Shown piece after piece: positions 1-9,379 of a DNA stretch of 64,000 bases. How positions within the stretch are numbered: the first letter of the stretch is position 1; each line of letters starts with the position of its first letter. The translations under genes were made by a program, and so were the position numbers. The notes under the pieces are model-generated. The model saw only the letters and a list, made by a program, of their open reading frames with translations, made no database searches and was not told where the DNA came from. The stretch is from an uncultured Klebsiella sp. (GTDB lineage Bacteria > Verrucomicrobiota > Verrucomicrobiia > Limisphaerales > SXTU01), in assembly GCA_964496695.1 (NCBI GenBank), contig CAZCBE010000002.1, positions 61,861 to 125,860 on the forward strand. Reading direction: 5' to 3'.

Positions 1-516
1 TGGACCCCGTCGCAACTGGACAACAAGGGGAAGTTCCCCGAGGAGCCGCGCGACTGGCAGCCGGTGGTGGAGGTGTCGAATTCGGCGCTGTGGAATGTCA
101 AAATCGGCAAGCAGCTTGCCACCCAACTGGCGCAGGCGGTCAACACGCAGCTTCCCATGGTCCGCGCCTCCCTGCTCAAGAACGATTTTCTCATGCGCGC
201 ACTCGGCCGGCCGCACCGTGAGCAGATTGTCAGTGTCCGTCCGAACGAACTGAACACCTTGGAGGCGATTGACCTGAACAATGGCCAGGCCCTGGCCACG
301 CGCTTGGAACAAGGTGCGACGCGCCTCCTCGCGAAGCCATGGGCGGACAGCGAGGCGCTGGCCAAGTGGCTCTACCAGTTTGCGCTCGCCCGGGTGCCGA
401 CCAGCGCCGAGCTGGCGCTCGCCCGGGAAGTCCTCGGTGAGAAGCCGACCGGGCAGGGGGTGCAGGACCTGCTCTGGGCGGTGCTGATGCTGCCGGAGTT
501 TCAGTTGGTGCGGTGA
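1..516 (+). CDS. C-terminal fragment of a DUF1553 (PSD1)-type protein; 5' end outside window
   Basis: Frame 1 is open from nt 1 (WTPSQLDNKGKF...) to TGA 514-516. The tail ...QGVQDLLWAVLMLPEFQLVR is the ending I associate with DUF1549/DUF1553 proteins of Planctomycetes/Verrucomicrobia. Their usual partner (DUF1501) is at 1280. Confidence 0.7.
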   Translation, partial: WTPSQLDNKGKFPEEPRDWQPVVEVSNSALWNVKIGKQLATQLAQAVNTQLPMVRASLLKNDFLMRALGRPHREQIVSVRPNELNTLEAIDLNNGQALATRLEQGATRLLAKPWADSEALAKWLYQFALARVPTSAELALAREVLGEKPTGQGVQDLLWAVLMLPEFQLVR

Positions 517-563
517 GGGCGGCGGACTTGTCAAACCACCCGGAATCAGCGATTTGTCAGACC

Positions 564-818
564 ATGAGCACCGTGCAACAGGCAGTGAAGAAGGTGAAAG
601 GCCTGTCGGACAGCCAGGCACAGGCGCTGCTGGACTGGCTGGCGGAACAGCCGCCCTCACCGCGTGCCGTCAAACGGAAGCGCGCGACTTCGCGCCGCAA
701 GCCGAAGCGCAAGCAGACCATGAAGGAGTTGATGGCCTGGTATGATTCGATTCGTGGCACCACCAATTGGGAGCCGCCTCGGATGCCGGATGACCTCGTG
801 CAGCGGGTGAAGTTGTGA
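564..818 (+). CDS. putative antitoxin (weakly DUF2281-like) of a VapBC pair
   Basis: 84-aa ORF from ATG 564 (MSTVQQAVKKVKGLSDSQAQALLDWLAEQ...). Its TGA (816-818) overlaps the GTG start of the PIN gene (GTGA overlap), the coupling typical of type II TA pairs. The family call rests only on weak N-terminal resemblance. Confidence 0.5.
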   Translation: MSTVQQAVKKVKGLSDSQAQALLDWLAEQPPSPRAVKRKRATSRRKPKRKQTMKELMAWYDSIRGTTNWEPPRMPDDLVQRVKL

Positions 819-1219
819 ACTTCGTTCTGGACACCAACGCGGTCAGCGAGTTTCGGAAGCCTCGTCCTAACGCGGGCTTGATGCAATGGCAACAGATTCA
901 GGATGCCGCTTGGTTGTTCGTCACCACTATCACGATGGGAGAAGTCTGGCAGGGTTTTCACTCGCTCCCGTCAGGACATCCTGACTACGCCAGCATCAAG
1001 GCGTTTGCCGACGATCTGCCGCGCCGGTATCGCGTCCTGAATTTCGATGCCCGCGCCGCAGCGATGTGGGGCAGGATGACGGCAGAGGTGGCTAAGCCAC
1101 TGCCTTTGCGCGATTCATTTATCGCCGCCATTGCCCGCTCGCGGGGTTTCACCGTCGTCACACGGGATATCGGTCCGTTTGAACGCGCGGGGTGCAAGGT
1201 GCTAAACCCTTGGAACTGA
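815..1219 (+). CDS. vapC: PIN-domain toxin, VapC/FitB family
   Basis: 134 aa with a GTG start. N-terminus MNFVLDTNAVSEFRKPRPN... and C-terminal ...SFIAAIARSRGFTVVTRDIGPFE match the PIN acidic-residue pattern (D6, E, D near the C-terminus). Confidence 0.9.
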   Translation: MNFVLDTNAVSEFRKPRPNAGLMQWQQIQDAAWLFVTTITMGEVWQGFHSLPSGHPDYASIKAFADDLPRRYRVLNFDARAAAMWGRMTAEVAKPLPLRDSFIAAIARSRGFTVVTRDIGPFERAGCKVLNPWN

Positions 1220-1279
1220 AATCACTGAGCACGATAACCTTACTTCGCCGTCCAACTGCTGTAGACAAATCACTTTCCG

Positions 1280-2728
1280 ATGAACGCGCTACCACTCGAC
1301 CCGCAGCACACCCGCCGTGACTTCCTCCAGAAGCTCGCTGCCGCCACGACCGCCACCATGGGCATGGCCGCGCCGCGCCTCCTGGCCAACGAGCAGGTGG
1401 TCCATCCCAAGGCCACGGCGGATTCGTGCATTCTGATCTGGATGGGCGGCGGCATGGCCGCCCCGGACACGTTTGACCCGAAGCGCTACCAGCCCTTCGA
1501 GAAGGGCGTGCCGGTGAAGAACATTCTCAGCACTTTCCCGGCGATTCCCACGGCGGTGGACGGCGTGAAGATCTGCCAGGGGCTGGAGCAGATTGCCTCG
1601 GTGATGGACCGCGCCACGCTGATCCGCAGCGCCACGCAGCCGGACCTTGGGCACATTCTGCACTCACGGCACCAGTATCACTGGCACACGGGCTACGTGC
1701 CGCCGCAGACCGTAGCCTGTCCTCACCTGGGCGCGTGGATGGCCAAGGTGCTCGGTCCGCGCAACCCGGTGATGCCCGCCTTCATCAATGTTGGCCAGCG
1801 GCTTGAAGGCGTCGGCGAGCAGGAGGAGCTGAAGGCCTTCACCACTGCCGGGTTCTTCGGCAACGAGTTTGGTCCGATGAATCTGCCCTATCCCGATGAC
1901 GCCGCGCAGTCCGTGCGCCCGCCCAAGGGGATGGAACCGGGCCGGTTCGACAACCGCTACAGTCTCTATCGCAAGCTGGTGGACAAGAACCCGCACCGCG
2001 AGTTCATGAGCGACTTCCAGCAGGAGTCCATGCTGCGCTCGCTGGACAACGCGCACCGCCTGCTTAGCTCGAAGGAACGCGCGGCCTTCGATCTCTCGCT
2101 GGAACCGAAGGAGAGCTACGCCAAATACAACACGGGCCGCTTCGGCCAGGGCTGCCTGCTCGCGCGGCGGCTCGTGGAGAACGGCGCGCGGTTCGTGGAG
2201 GTGACGACGGAATACGTGCCGTTCCTGCACTGGGACACGCACAAGGACGGCCACGAAACGGTTGCGGGCATGCACAAGCTGATGGACGCGCCCATCGCGC
2301 AGCTCATCCGCGACCTTGAGGCGCGCGGCCTGCTGAACCGCACGCTGGTGGTGATCGCCAGCGAGTTCAGCCGGGACGCGATGATCGAGGGCATCCCGGG
2401 CTCGAACGCGAAGGACCAGGCCACCGCGCCGAGCGAGACGTTGCAGGAGATGAAGCACTACGGCCTGCACCGGCACTTCACCGGCGGCACGAGCGTGGTG
2501 ATGTTCGGCGGCGGCGTGAAGAAGGGCTTCGTCTATGGCCAGACCGCAGACGAGCGTCCGCTCGTCGCGATCAAGAACCCCATGCCCGTGATGGACTTGC
2601 ACGCCACCATTTTCAGCATCATGGGCATCAGCCCGAAGACGGCCTTTGACATCGAAGGCCGGCCCTTCTATGCGACGGAAGACGGCAAGGGCAAGGTGGT
2701 GAAGGAGATCACCGGGGCCACCGGCTGA
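1280..2728 (+). CDS. DUF1501 domain protein (sulfatase/alkaline-phosphatase fold), Tat signal
   Basis: 482 aa. Twin-arginine leader HTRRDFLQKLAAATTATMGMA. Internal ...IRSATQPDLGHILHSRHQYHWHTGY... is typical of DUF1501. It sits downstream of a DUF1553 gene. Confidence 0.85.
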   Translation: MNALPLDPQHTRRDFLQKLAAATTATMGMAAPRLLANEQVVHPKATADSCILIWMGGGMAAPDTFDPKRYQPFEKGVPVKNILSTFPAIPTAVDGVKICQGLEQIASVMDRATLIRSATQPDLGHILHSRHQYHWHTGYVPPQTVACPHLGAWMAKVLGPRNPVMPAFINVGQRLEGVGEQEELKAFTTAGFFGNEFGPMNLPYPDDAAQSVRPPKGMEPGRFDNRYSLYRKLVDKNPHREFMSDFQQESMLRSLDNAHRLLSSKERAAFDLSLEPKESYAKYNTGRFGQGCLLARRLVENGARFVEVTTEYVPFLHWDTHKDGHETVAGMHKLMDAPIAQLIRDLEARGLLNRTLVVIASEFSRDAMIEGIPGSNAKDQATAPSETLQEMKHYGLHRHFTGGTSVVMFGGGVKKGFVYGQTADERPLVAIKNPMPVMDLHATIFSIMGISPKTAFDIEGRPFYATEDGKGKVVKEITGATG

Positions 2729-2850
2729 AAGCCGGGTGCTTGTAATGGTTGAGTGTCGCCGCTGCTCTGTTACGCTCCCACGCCAATGCCTCGTAAAATT
2801 CCGGCCCGGTCCTGGGCGCTTGGCACGACGTTGCAAAAAACACCTAAGCT

Positions 2851-4194
2851 ATGAGACATCGGTTCCTCCCCCTCGCATTGCTGCTGCTCGCCGTCGTTGC
2901 CGCGCCTGCCGCCCCCGCGCCGTTTCCCTATGTGACCGCCAAGGCGTTCCACATCCCGCCGGAAACCACGACCGAGGAGTCGGGCTACTTCTCGCTGTGC
3001 GAAGGGCGCAACGGCAAGATTTACGTGGGCACTGCCGCGTATGGACGGAATGCGTTCCTCGTCGAGTTCGATCCGGCGACCGAGAAGCAGCGCATCGTGC
3101 TGGATGTCCACAAGCTCGTCGGCTTGCCGCTCACGCCCACCGGGTATGCCGCGCAGTCCAAGCTGCACACGCGCAATTTTGTCGGCCCGTCGGGGAAAAT
3201 TTACGTCGGGTCCAAGCAGGGTTATCCCACGGCGGAGGAGAAGGCCATGCTCAAACGCGGTGAGGCCATTCCGATTTATCGCGGTGGCTACGTGATCGTT
3301 TATGATCCGGCCACCGACACCGCCGAGAACCTCGGCATGCCGATGCCCATCGAGAGCAAGCCTCCTGGTGCCAAGGAAGGCGAAGGCGTGATTGACGTGA
3401 CGGCGGATGAGGCGCGCGGGCTGATCTACGTCATCACCTGCGAAGAGCAGCACTGGATGCTCTACGACGTGAAGACAAAGAAGTATCGCGAACTCGGTCC
3501 CATCCTCCGCGACCAGCCGAACACGCTGATTGACGCGCAAGGGCGGGGCACGGCGATTACGAAGGATTATCAGGTCGCGCGCTACAATCCCAAGACTGAC
3601 AAGGTCACCGTGGACCCGCTGCTGGTGGACGGCAAGCCGTTCGCCGAGGTGCTTGGCACGAACCGCGTGCATCCCGACTGGCGCATCACTCCGGACGGGA
3701 AGACCGCCTACGTGCAGGTGCTCAACGACCTCCGCATGTTCCGTGTGGATCTCTCCAGCAAGGAGGGGAAGCCGGTGGTCGTGACGAATCTCGGCAACCG
3801 GCTCGAAGGCGTGCATCCGGACTCGCGTGGTTCGATCAGCCTAGGCCCTGATGGACGCGTTTATTCCGCCTTGCGCGTGGACAACAAGACCGGTTTCGGT
3901 GCTGGCTATCTGCACCACCTCATCCGCCACGACCCGAAGAAGAAGAACTCCATGGAAGACCTCGGCGTGTTTTCGATCTCCAATCCCGGCTTCTTCGACT
4001 TCAAGGGCGTGCAGGCGAAGAACCCCGATGGCTCGCTGCGTCCGCGCCACGGCTACCACACCTTGCCCGATGGCACGCTCACGCCGCTCCACGTCATCAT
4101 GGGCATGATCGTCACCCGTGACGGCACCATCTACGCGACGACCATCTATCCCTATTCGCTGCTCAAGGTGGAGTCGGTGAAGGCGAAGAAGTAG
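2851..4194 (+). CDS. secreted hypothetical protein (possibly beta-propeller-like)
   Basis: 447-aa ORF with signal peptide MRHRFLPLALLLLAVVAAPAAPA. Repetitive GKIYVG / DGRVY-type strands. No family recognised. Confidence 0.6.
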   Translation: MRHRFLPLALLLLAVVAAPAAPAPFPYVTAKAFHIPPETTTEESGYFSLCEGRNGKIYVGTAAYGRNAFLVEFDPATEKQRIVLDVHKLVGLPLTPTGYAAQSKLHTRNFVGPSGKIYVGSKQGYPTAEEKAMLKRGEAIPIYRGGYVIVYDPATDTAENLGMPMPIESKPPGAKEGEGVIDVTADEARGLIYVITCEEQHWMLYDVKTKKYRELGPILRDQPNTLIDAQGRGTAITKDYQVARYNPKTDKVTVDPLLVDGKPFAEVLGTNRVHPDWRITPDGKTAYVQVLNDLRMFRVDLSSKEGKPVVVTNLGNRLEGVHPDSRGSISLGPDGRVYSALRVDNKTGFGAGYLHHLIRHDPKKKNSMEDLGVFSISNPGFFDFKGVQAKNPDGSLRPRHGYHTLPDGTLTPLHVIMGMIVTRDGTIYATTIYPYSLLKVESVKAKK

Positions 4195-4201
4195 TTCGGC
4201 C

Positions 4202-5620
4202 ATGAACACCTCCACGCTGACGCGCCGCCAGTGGCTGGCAAAATCCGCGCTCGGTGCGGGCGTGCTGGCGGCAGCCCGGTTTCCGGCGGCGACCTGGGCG
4301 GCTGAAGCCTCCGCGCCGCTTGCGCTCGGCACGCGCCGTGAGTTGTTCCTCGACGACTTTCTCATCGCGCACCTGGACGGTGCGTCGTTGCAGGCCCACC
4401 AGCCCGTGCCGCGCGACGTGGTCATCACCTGCGACGCGCCGTGGGAGGGCAACACCTCGGCCTACTACACGCTCTTCGCGGACGGCGACCGGTTCCGGAT
4501 GTATTACCGTGGCGCGCATTGGGACGAGGCGGCGAAGAAGGCGGCGCACCCGGAGTTCGCCTGCTATGCGGAGAGCCGCGACGGGCTGACCTTCACCAAG
4601 CCCAAGCTCGGCTTGTTCGAGTTCAACGGCTCCAAAGAGAACAATATCGTCCTCACTGGTGCGGGGACGCATTGTTTCACCGCCTTCAAGGATGCCAATC
4701 CCGCCGCGCCCGCCGAGGCGCGCTACAAGGCGGTGTCCGGCGCGTTTAAGAAAGGGTTGTATGCCTACCAATCACCGGACGGCGTCCGCTGGTCGTGGAT
4801 ACAGCAGGCACCGATCATCACCGACGGTGCGTTTGACTCGCAAAACCTCGCGTTCTGGGACGCGGCGCGTGGCGAGTATCGGGCCTACTGGCGGACCTTT
4901 GCCCAGGGCGTGCGGGCCGTCCGCACGGCCACTTCGAAGGATTTTCTCCACTGGGAAAACCAGGCCGACCTGCGCTACGTGGACTCGCCCATCGAGCACC
5001 TCTACACCAACGCGGTGATGCCCTACGCGCGTGCGCCGCACTTGTTCATCGGCTTCCCCACGCGTTTCCAGCCGAAGCATCAGCAGGTGGAGCCGGTGTT
5101 CATGAGTAGCCGCGACGGCGTGCTCTTCAAGCGCTGGGCCGAGCCGCTCATTCCCATCACCGCGCCGAAGGACCGCGACGGCAACCGCAGCAACTACATG
5201 ACCTGGGGCCTGCTCCAGTTGCCCGGCCAGGACCGCGAGCTGTCGGTGTATGCCACGGAGGCCTACTACGCCGGCCCCGGCAGCCGCGTGCGCCGGTTCG
5301 TCTTCCGCACCGACGGCTTCGTCTCGGTGCGCGCCAGCGCGGCCGGCGGCACGCTGCTCACCAAGCCGCTGACGTTCACCGGCACGAAACTCTCGGTGAA
5401 CCTCGCGAGCAAAGGGCCGACACGCGTCGAGTTGCAGGACGCGTCCGGCAAGGCGTTGCCCGGCTTTGCGCTGGCCGACTGCACCCCTATCACCGGCGAC
5501 TTCATCGAGCACACGGTGAACTGGCGCGGCGGCAGCCTTGCAGCGCACGCGGGCAAGGCGGTGCGTCTGAAATTTGAGCTGAAGGACGCCGACGTGTTCG
5601 CCATGCAATTCAAGGGCTGA
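4202..5620 (+). CDS. Tat-exported Asp-box (BNR-like) beta-propeller, glycoside-hydrolase-like, with C-terminal beta-sandwich
   Basis: 472 aa. Leader TRRQWLAKSALGAGVLAAA. Four S-x-D-G-x-x-(W/F)-type boxes (SRDGLTF, SPDGVRW, SKDFLHW, SRDGVLF). The function call is tentative. Confidence 0.5.
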   Translation: MNTSTLTRRQWLAKSALGAGVLAAARFPAATWAAEASAPLALGTRRELFLDDFLIAHLDGASLQAHQPVPRDVVITCDAPWEGNTSAYYTLFADGDRFRMYYRGAHWDEAAKKAAHPEFACYAESRDGLTFTKPKLGLFEFNGSKENNIVLTGAGTHCFTAFKDANPAAPAEARYKAVSGAFKKGLYAYQSPDGVRWSWIQQAPIITDGAFDSQNLAFWDAARGEYRAYWRTFAQGVRAVRTATSKDFLHWENQADLRYVDSPIEHLYTNAVMPYARAPHLFIGFPTRFQPKHQQVEPVFMSSRDGVLFKRWAEPLIPITAPKDRDGNRSNYMTWGLLQLPGQDRELSVYATEAYYAGPGSRVRRFVFRTDGFVSVRASAAGGTLLTKPLTFTGTKLSVNLASKGPTRVELQDASGKALPGFALADCTPITGDFIEHTVNWRGGSLAAHAGKAVRLKFELKDADVFAMQFKG

Positions 5621-5631
5621 GCCTTCCCCCC

Positions 5632-6486
5632 ATGACCACGAACTCCGATGACGCCGCGCGTCGCGCCTACTGGGCCGAGCAGATGGAGCTGGGCTACGAG
5701 CTGGTCCAGCGCACGCTGCCCTTCGAGGTCCGCGAGTGCGGCGAGGGCTTCGCCTCCCTGCCCGATGCGGCCGCCGCAGCCGGCATCGAGATGCAGTTCT
5801 CCCAGTCCAAGATTGCCGGGGGTCTCGACCGCGTGTTCTTCATGCGCGAGCGCCTGGTCCGCGACGTGATGGCCGTGGGCCGGGCCATGAACGAGCGAGG
5901 CTGGGTTTTGAAGATCGAGGACGCCTACCGCTCGCTGGAGATGCAGGGCCAGCTCGTGCGCAAACCCGAGGTCTTCGACGCCGTGCTGCGCAAGTGCATC
6001 TGGGAAAATGGCGGCGTCATGCCGCCGGTCGAGTTCGTCGCCCGCCGCGCGCTCGTCATGGTCGCCAACGTCCCGAAGATTGGCACCCACATGTCCGGCT
6101 CGGCGATTGACGTGTCGGTCTTCCGTCGTGACGACGGTTCCGAGGTCTGGCGTGGCAACGCCTATTTGGAAATGAGCGAACGCACGCCGATGCGCTCACC
6201 GTTCATCGCGCCGGAGGACTTGCAGAACCGGCTCGAGATCACCGCGATGCTGGAGGCGCAGGGCTTCATCCATTTTCCGTTCGAGTTCTGGCATTTCAAC
6301 CAAGGCGACGCACTGGGTCACCTCGTCCGGGGCCTGCCCGCGCCCGCCCGCTACGGTGCGGTTCATTGGGATGCGAAGTCCAACCGCGTGACGCCGTGCG
6401 AAAATCCGCTCACGCCACTGAACCCGCTGGACGCCTTCGAGCGCGAAATCACGGCTGCCATGCGACGCGCTGAGGCGCAACGGTAA
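5632..6486 (+). CDS. M15 family zinc peptidase, VanX/DdpX-like (D-Ala-D-Ala dipeptidase fold)
   Basis: 284 aa. GTHMSGSAIDVSVF (H-x6-D zinc ligands) and FEFWHF (E-x-x-H) match the VanX-type motif order. Confidence 0.6.
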   Translation: MTTNSDDAARRAYWAEQMELGYELVQRTLPFEVRECGEGFASLPDAAAAAGIEMQFSQSKIAGGLDRVFFMRERLVRDVMAVGRAMNERGWVLKIEDAYRSLEMQGQLVRKPEVFDAVLRKCIWENGGVMPPVEFVARRALVMVANVPKIGTHMSGSAIDVSVFRRDDGSEVWRGNAYLEMSERTPMRSPFIAPEDLQNRLEITAMLEAQGFIHFPFEFWHFNQGDALGHLVRGLPAPARYGAVHWDAKSNRVTPCENPLTPLNPLDAFEREITAAMRRAEAQR

Positions 6487-6645
6487 CCATCGATGCGGAG
6501 GGGCACGGCCTTCAGGCCGCAGAAACGTGAGCACGCCGGGAGTGGTTCGAACGCAATTTTCCAGGCGCAGCCTTCTGCGGCGTGAACGCCGCGCGCCGCC
6601 CGCTGCCAGCGTGTTCGATGGTCTGCAGCGAGAGTTCGACCAGTG

Positions 6646-8304
6646 TCACTCGGGAAAAAAGCTCACATCATCGAGATAGACCACTGCACCTGCGGGAGCC
6701 GCAACGTTCAGCATCAGCGTCGCTGTGAGCGTCGCCGGTGGAGTGAAGGCCATGCTGACCTCGGACCAAGTTGATCCAGCCTTCACCGTGGCTTCTTGTT
6801 TCAGCGTCTTGCCATCGAATGTGCCGGCCAGTTCCACTTTGAGTTCCGTGTCCGCCGCAGCTTTCACCCAGGCCGTCAGCCGGTGCGGCACGCCGGTGGT
6901 AAACTGGATGCAGCGGAATCTTCCCTTGCCCTTGATGACGGCGGATTGCTTGCCGGCTTTGACGTGTGCTGGATCAGTGTTGATCGCGACGGCATTGTCC
7001 CAGAAGCCTGATGCTTTCAGGAAACCGACACCCTCCGGCTCGAAGCTGCCCCACAGGCTGCATCCGTCGTAGCTGAGTTTCGCCTTTGCGTGCCGGGGAT
7101 CTGGCTCCACCCGGAGCAGTGGGGTGGAGTAGCGGAAGCCTTCGCGGCCGGTCACGGCCCCACCGATGTAGAAGGGCAGTGGACTGGCCGGGAGTTCGAC
7201 GGCGCAAGTCTGGCCATTGATTTTTGCTGGCAGGGTCTGCCAGAACCGCGAGACCCAGTTACCATTGTCGCCATGGCTCAGCATCAAGTCCGCGTTGGTC
7301 ACTGCTCGTGGCCCGCTAAAATCCCACTCGGCCAAAGTGGCCTTGCCGCGCTTCGCCAGGCGCACAGGACCGACTGTGTTGAACGGCGGTGCGCCATTGA
7401 GATGCACATCCAGCCACGCGAAGACCTGTTCATCGGCGGTGGGCGTCAGGCCGTGGTTCCAGTTCGGCAGAATGGTCAGGTGTTTTGGGCCGGCGGCGAG
7501 GCGGTGTGTCTCCATCACCGCCGGCATCCAGTAGAAGTGGTCGTTCGCACCGGTGAACCAGCCGATGGGCGTCTTCCGCTGCGCGAGCCGGAAGGCGGGA
7601 TCGAGCGTGGTGCGCCAGCGTTCGGCCGTCGCCGCGTCGTATTTGGGATTCGGCCCGCCGCCAAACCACCACGAGTTGCCCAGGTGCAAACTGCCGGTGC
7701 CAAACATCGCCGAGCCAACCTTCAGCCGTGGGTCCACACCCGTCATCAACGTTGTGTAAAACCCACCCCATGAACTGCCGCACATGCCGATGCGGTTCCG
7801 GTCCACTTCCGGCCGGGATTCCAGATAGGACACGGCCTTCAGCAGGGCGACCGCTCCGTGATAGATCGGTGCGCGTTTCGGGTCGGTGCCAGCCTCCAGA
7901 CTGGACACGATCGGATAGCCGCCGGTGGAGCGGTAGCCCGGCATCGGGAAGTCAATGCACAGCGCCGCATAGCCGCGCTTGGCCCCGAGGATGGTCCAAT
8001 AGGTCGAGGCCCGCCCCAGCCCGCCCTGGTTCCAGATGAAGGCCGGCAACGCGCGCTTGCCCTTCGCGAAGCTGAAGAAGGCGAAAATATCCACGGCCTT
8101 CTCCCCGTCCATCTCGGAGTGGAACATCACCTCCTCGGTGACGATGCCATCCTTCTCCTCTGATTTCATGGTCCGAGGGTTCAGCGGGGTGGCGAGCAGC
8201 TTCTCCAGATCGAACACCGGGTCAGGCAGCGCCGCAGCGGATAGGAAGGGCATCGCGAGCAGCCAACTCAGCAGCAGCACAGGCAGAAGCTGGCGCAGCT
8301 TCAA
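6646..8304 (-). CDS. secreted alpha/beta-hydrolase esterase with C-terminal carbohydrate-binding-like domain
   Basis: The ORF is open to 8496, but a signal peptide (L)KLRQLLPVLLLSWLLAMPFLSAAA starts at TTG 8304. Nucleophile elbow GSSWGG. C-terminal ...VVYLDDVSFFPE resembles a CBM4/9-type sandwich. Start position uncertain. Confidence 0.65.
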   Translation of the reverse strand: MKLRQLLPVLLLSWLLAMPFLSAAALPDPVFDLEKLLATPLNPRTMKSEEKDGIVTEEVMFHSEMDGEKAVDIFAFFSFAKGKRALPAFIWNQGGLGRASTYWTILGAKRGYAALCIDFPMPGYRSTGGYPIVSSLEAGTDPKRAPIYHGAVALLKAVSYLESRPEVDRNRIGMCGSSWGGFYTTLMTGVDPRLKVGSAMFGTGSLHLGNSWWFGGGPNPKYDAATAERWRTTLDPAFRLAQRKTPIGWFTGANDHFYWMPAVMETHRLAAGPKHLTILPNWNHGLTPTADEQVFAWLDVHLNGAPPFNTVGPVRLAKRGKATLAEWDFSGPRAVTNADLMLSHGDNGNWVSRFWQTLPAKINGQTCAVELPASPLPFYIGGAVTGREGFRYSTPLLRVEPDPRHAKAKLSYDGCSLWGSFEPEGVGFLKASGFWDNAVAINTDPAHVKAGKQSAVIKGKGRFRCIQFTTGVPHRLTAWVKAAADTELKVELAGTFDGKTLKQEATVKAGSTWSEVSMAFTPPATLTATLMLNVAAPAGAVVYLDDVSFFPE

Positions 8305-8310
8305 ACTGCT

Positions 8311-8421
8311 GCGGAGCGCGGGTCTGTGACCCGCAGCTACGTCCGTCCTGCGGATGCGTGCAGATTCCCCCGTGACCTTCTGGCTAAGCTGCCTGCTGCG
8401 GGTCACAGACCCGCGCTCCGC
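8311..8421. repeat. perfect 27-nt inverted repeat with 57-nt spacer (GCGGAGCGCGGGTCTGTGACCCGCAGC)
   Basis: 8311-8337 is the exact reverse complement of 8395-8421. It lies in the divergent spacer between the esterase (-) and DUF1080 (+) genes. It is related to the GGAGCGCCGGTCTCCGACCCGGCG family seen at 26169, 26335, 28588 and 28638. Confidence 0.9.
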
Positions 8422-8614
8422 CCGCGTTTCGGTGCCGTGGTCCAATACACCAAGTGCAAAGGTTCGCGCGAAAAATCCCTTTCCGTGGCTGTGCATCGGC
8501 GGGCAGACTACGAGGCGCTTCGCCCCGGGTCAAAGTAAACGGACCACGCGGTCTCGTGCCGTGGTGGTGGTCCGGTTTCCTGATGGGCGGAGGCAACGAA
8601 TTCGTCAGCCAACC

Positions 8615-9367
8615 ATGAAATCGAAACTGTCCGTCCGCTCCTCCTCCCTGGCTCTCGCCACGCTTCTGCTCGCCGCGTTGACCCTCCCCGCCGCCGAACC
8701 GGTTCCGCCGAAGGGTTTCCGCGCGCTCTTCAACGGCAAAGACCTCACCGGCTGGTATGGTCTGAACCCGCACAACAGCGTAAAGCTCCAGGGCGAAAAG
8801 AAGGATGCCAACCTCAAGCAGCAGCGCGAGGAATTCTCAAAGCACTGGACCGTCGAGAACAGCGAACTGGTCAACAGCGGCACCGGCCCTTACGCCACGA
8901 CGGATGCGGAGTTCGGCGACATCGAGTTCCTCATCGAATACAAGACCGTGGCGAAGGCCGACAGCGGCATCTACCTGCGCGGCACGCCGCAGGTGCAGAT
9001 CTGGGATGTGAACCAAGTGTTCAACGAGAAGAACCCCACGCGCAAGCCGCACCTCGGCTCCGGCGGTCTCTTTAACAACACGCCGGGCGCTCCCGGCCGC
9101 GATCCGCTCGTGGTGGCGGACAAACCCTTTGGCGAGTGGAATACCTTTCGCATCCAGCAGGTCGGCGCGACCACCTGGGTGTGGCTCAACGGCAAGGTGG
9201 TGGTGGATCGGGCGGTGATGGAAAACTACTGGGACAAGAAGCAGCCGCTCCCGGCGAAAGGCCCGATCATGCTCCAGACCCACGGCGGCGAGATCCGCTG
9301 GCGGAACATCTTCGTGCGGGAGATCGGTGAGGCGGAGGGAAAGAAGCTGCTCGCAGGGGCAAAGTAA
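8615..9367 (+). CDS. DUF1080 domain protein (3-keto-disaccharide hydrolase-like)
   Basis: Start taken at ATG 8615 (MKSKLSVRSSSLALATLLLAALTLPAAEP signal). WTVENSELVNSG...FGDIEFLIEY...DSGIYLRG...PFGEWNTFRI...NG...IMLQTHGGEIRWRNIFVREI is the DUF1080 pattern. Confidence 0.85.
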   Translation: MKSKLSVRSSSLALATLLLAALTLPAAEPVPPKGFRALFNGKDLTGWYGLNPHNSVKLQGEKKDANLKQQREEFSKHWTVENSELVNSGTGPYATTDAEFGDIEFLIEYKTVAKADSGIYLRGTPQVQIWDVNQVFNEKNPTRKPHLGSGGLFNNTPGAPGRDPLVVADKPFGEWNTFRIQQVGATTWVWLNGKVVVDRAVMENYWDKKQPLPAKGPIMLQTHGGEIRWRNIFVREIGEAEGKKLLAGAK

Positions 9368-9379
9368 CTCACAAGTCGC

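Noticed and set aside
8354-8614. N-terminal extension of the DUF1080 ORF (start at 8354), and the ATG 8496 start of the esterase
   Set aside because: Both extensions translate the 27-nt inverted-repeat region and lack signal peptides. Internal starts (ATG 8615, TTG 8304) give proper signal peptides immediately.
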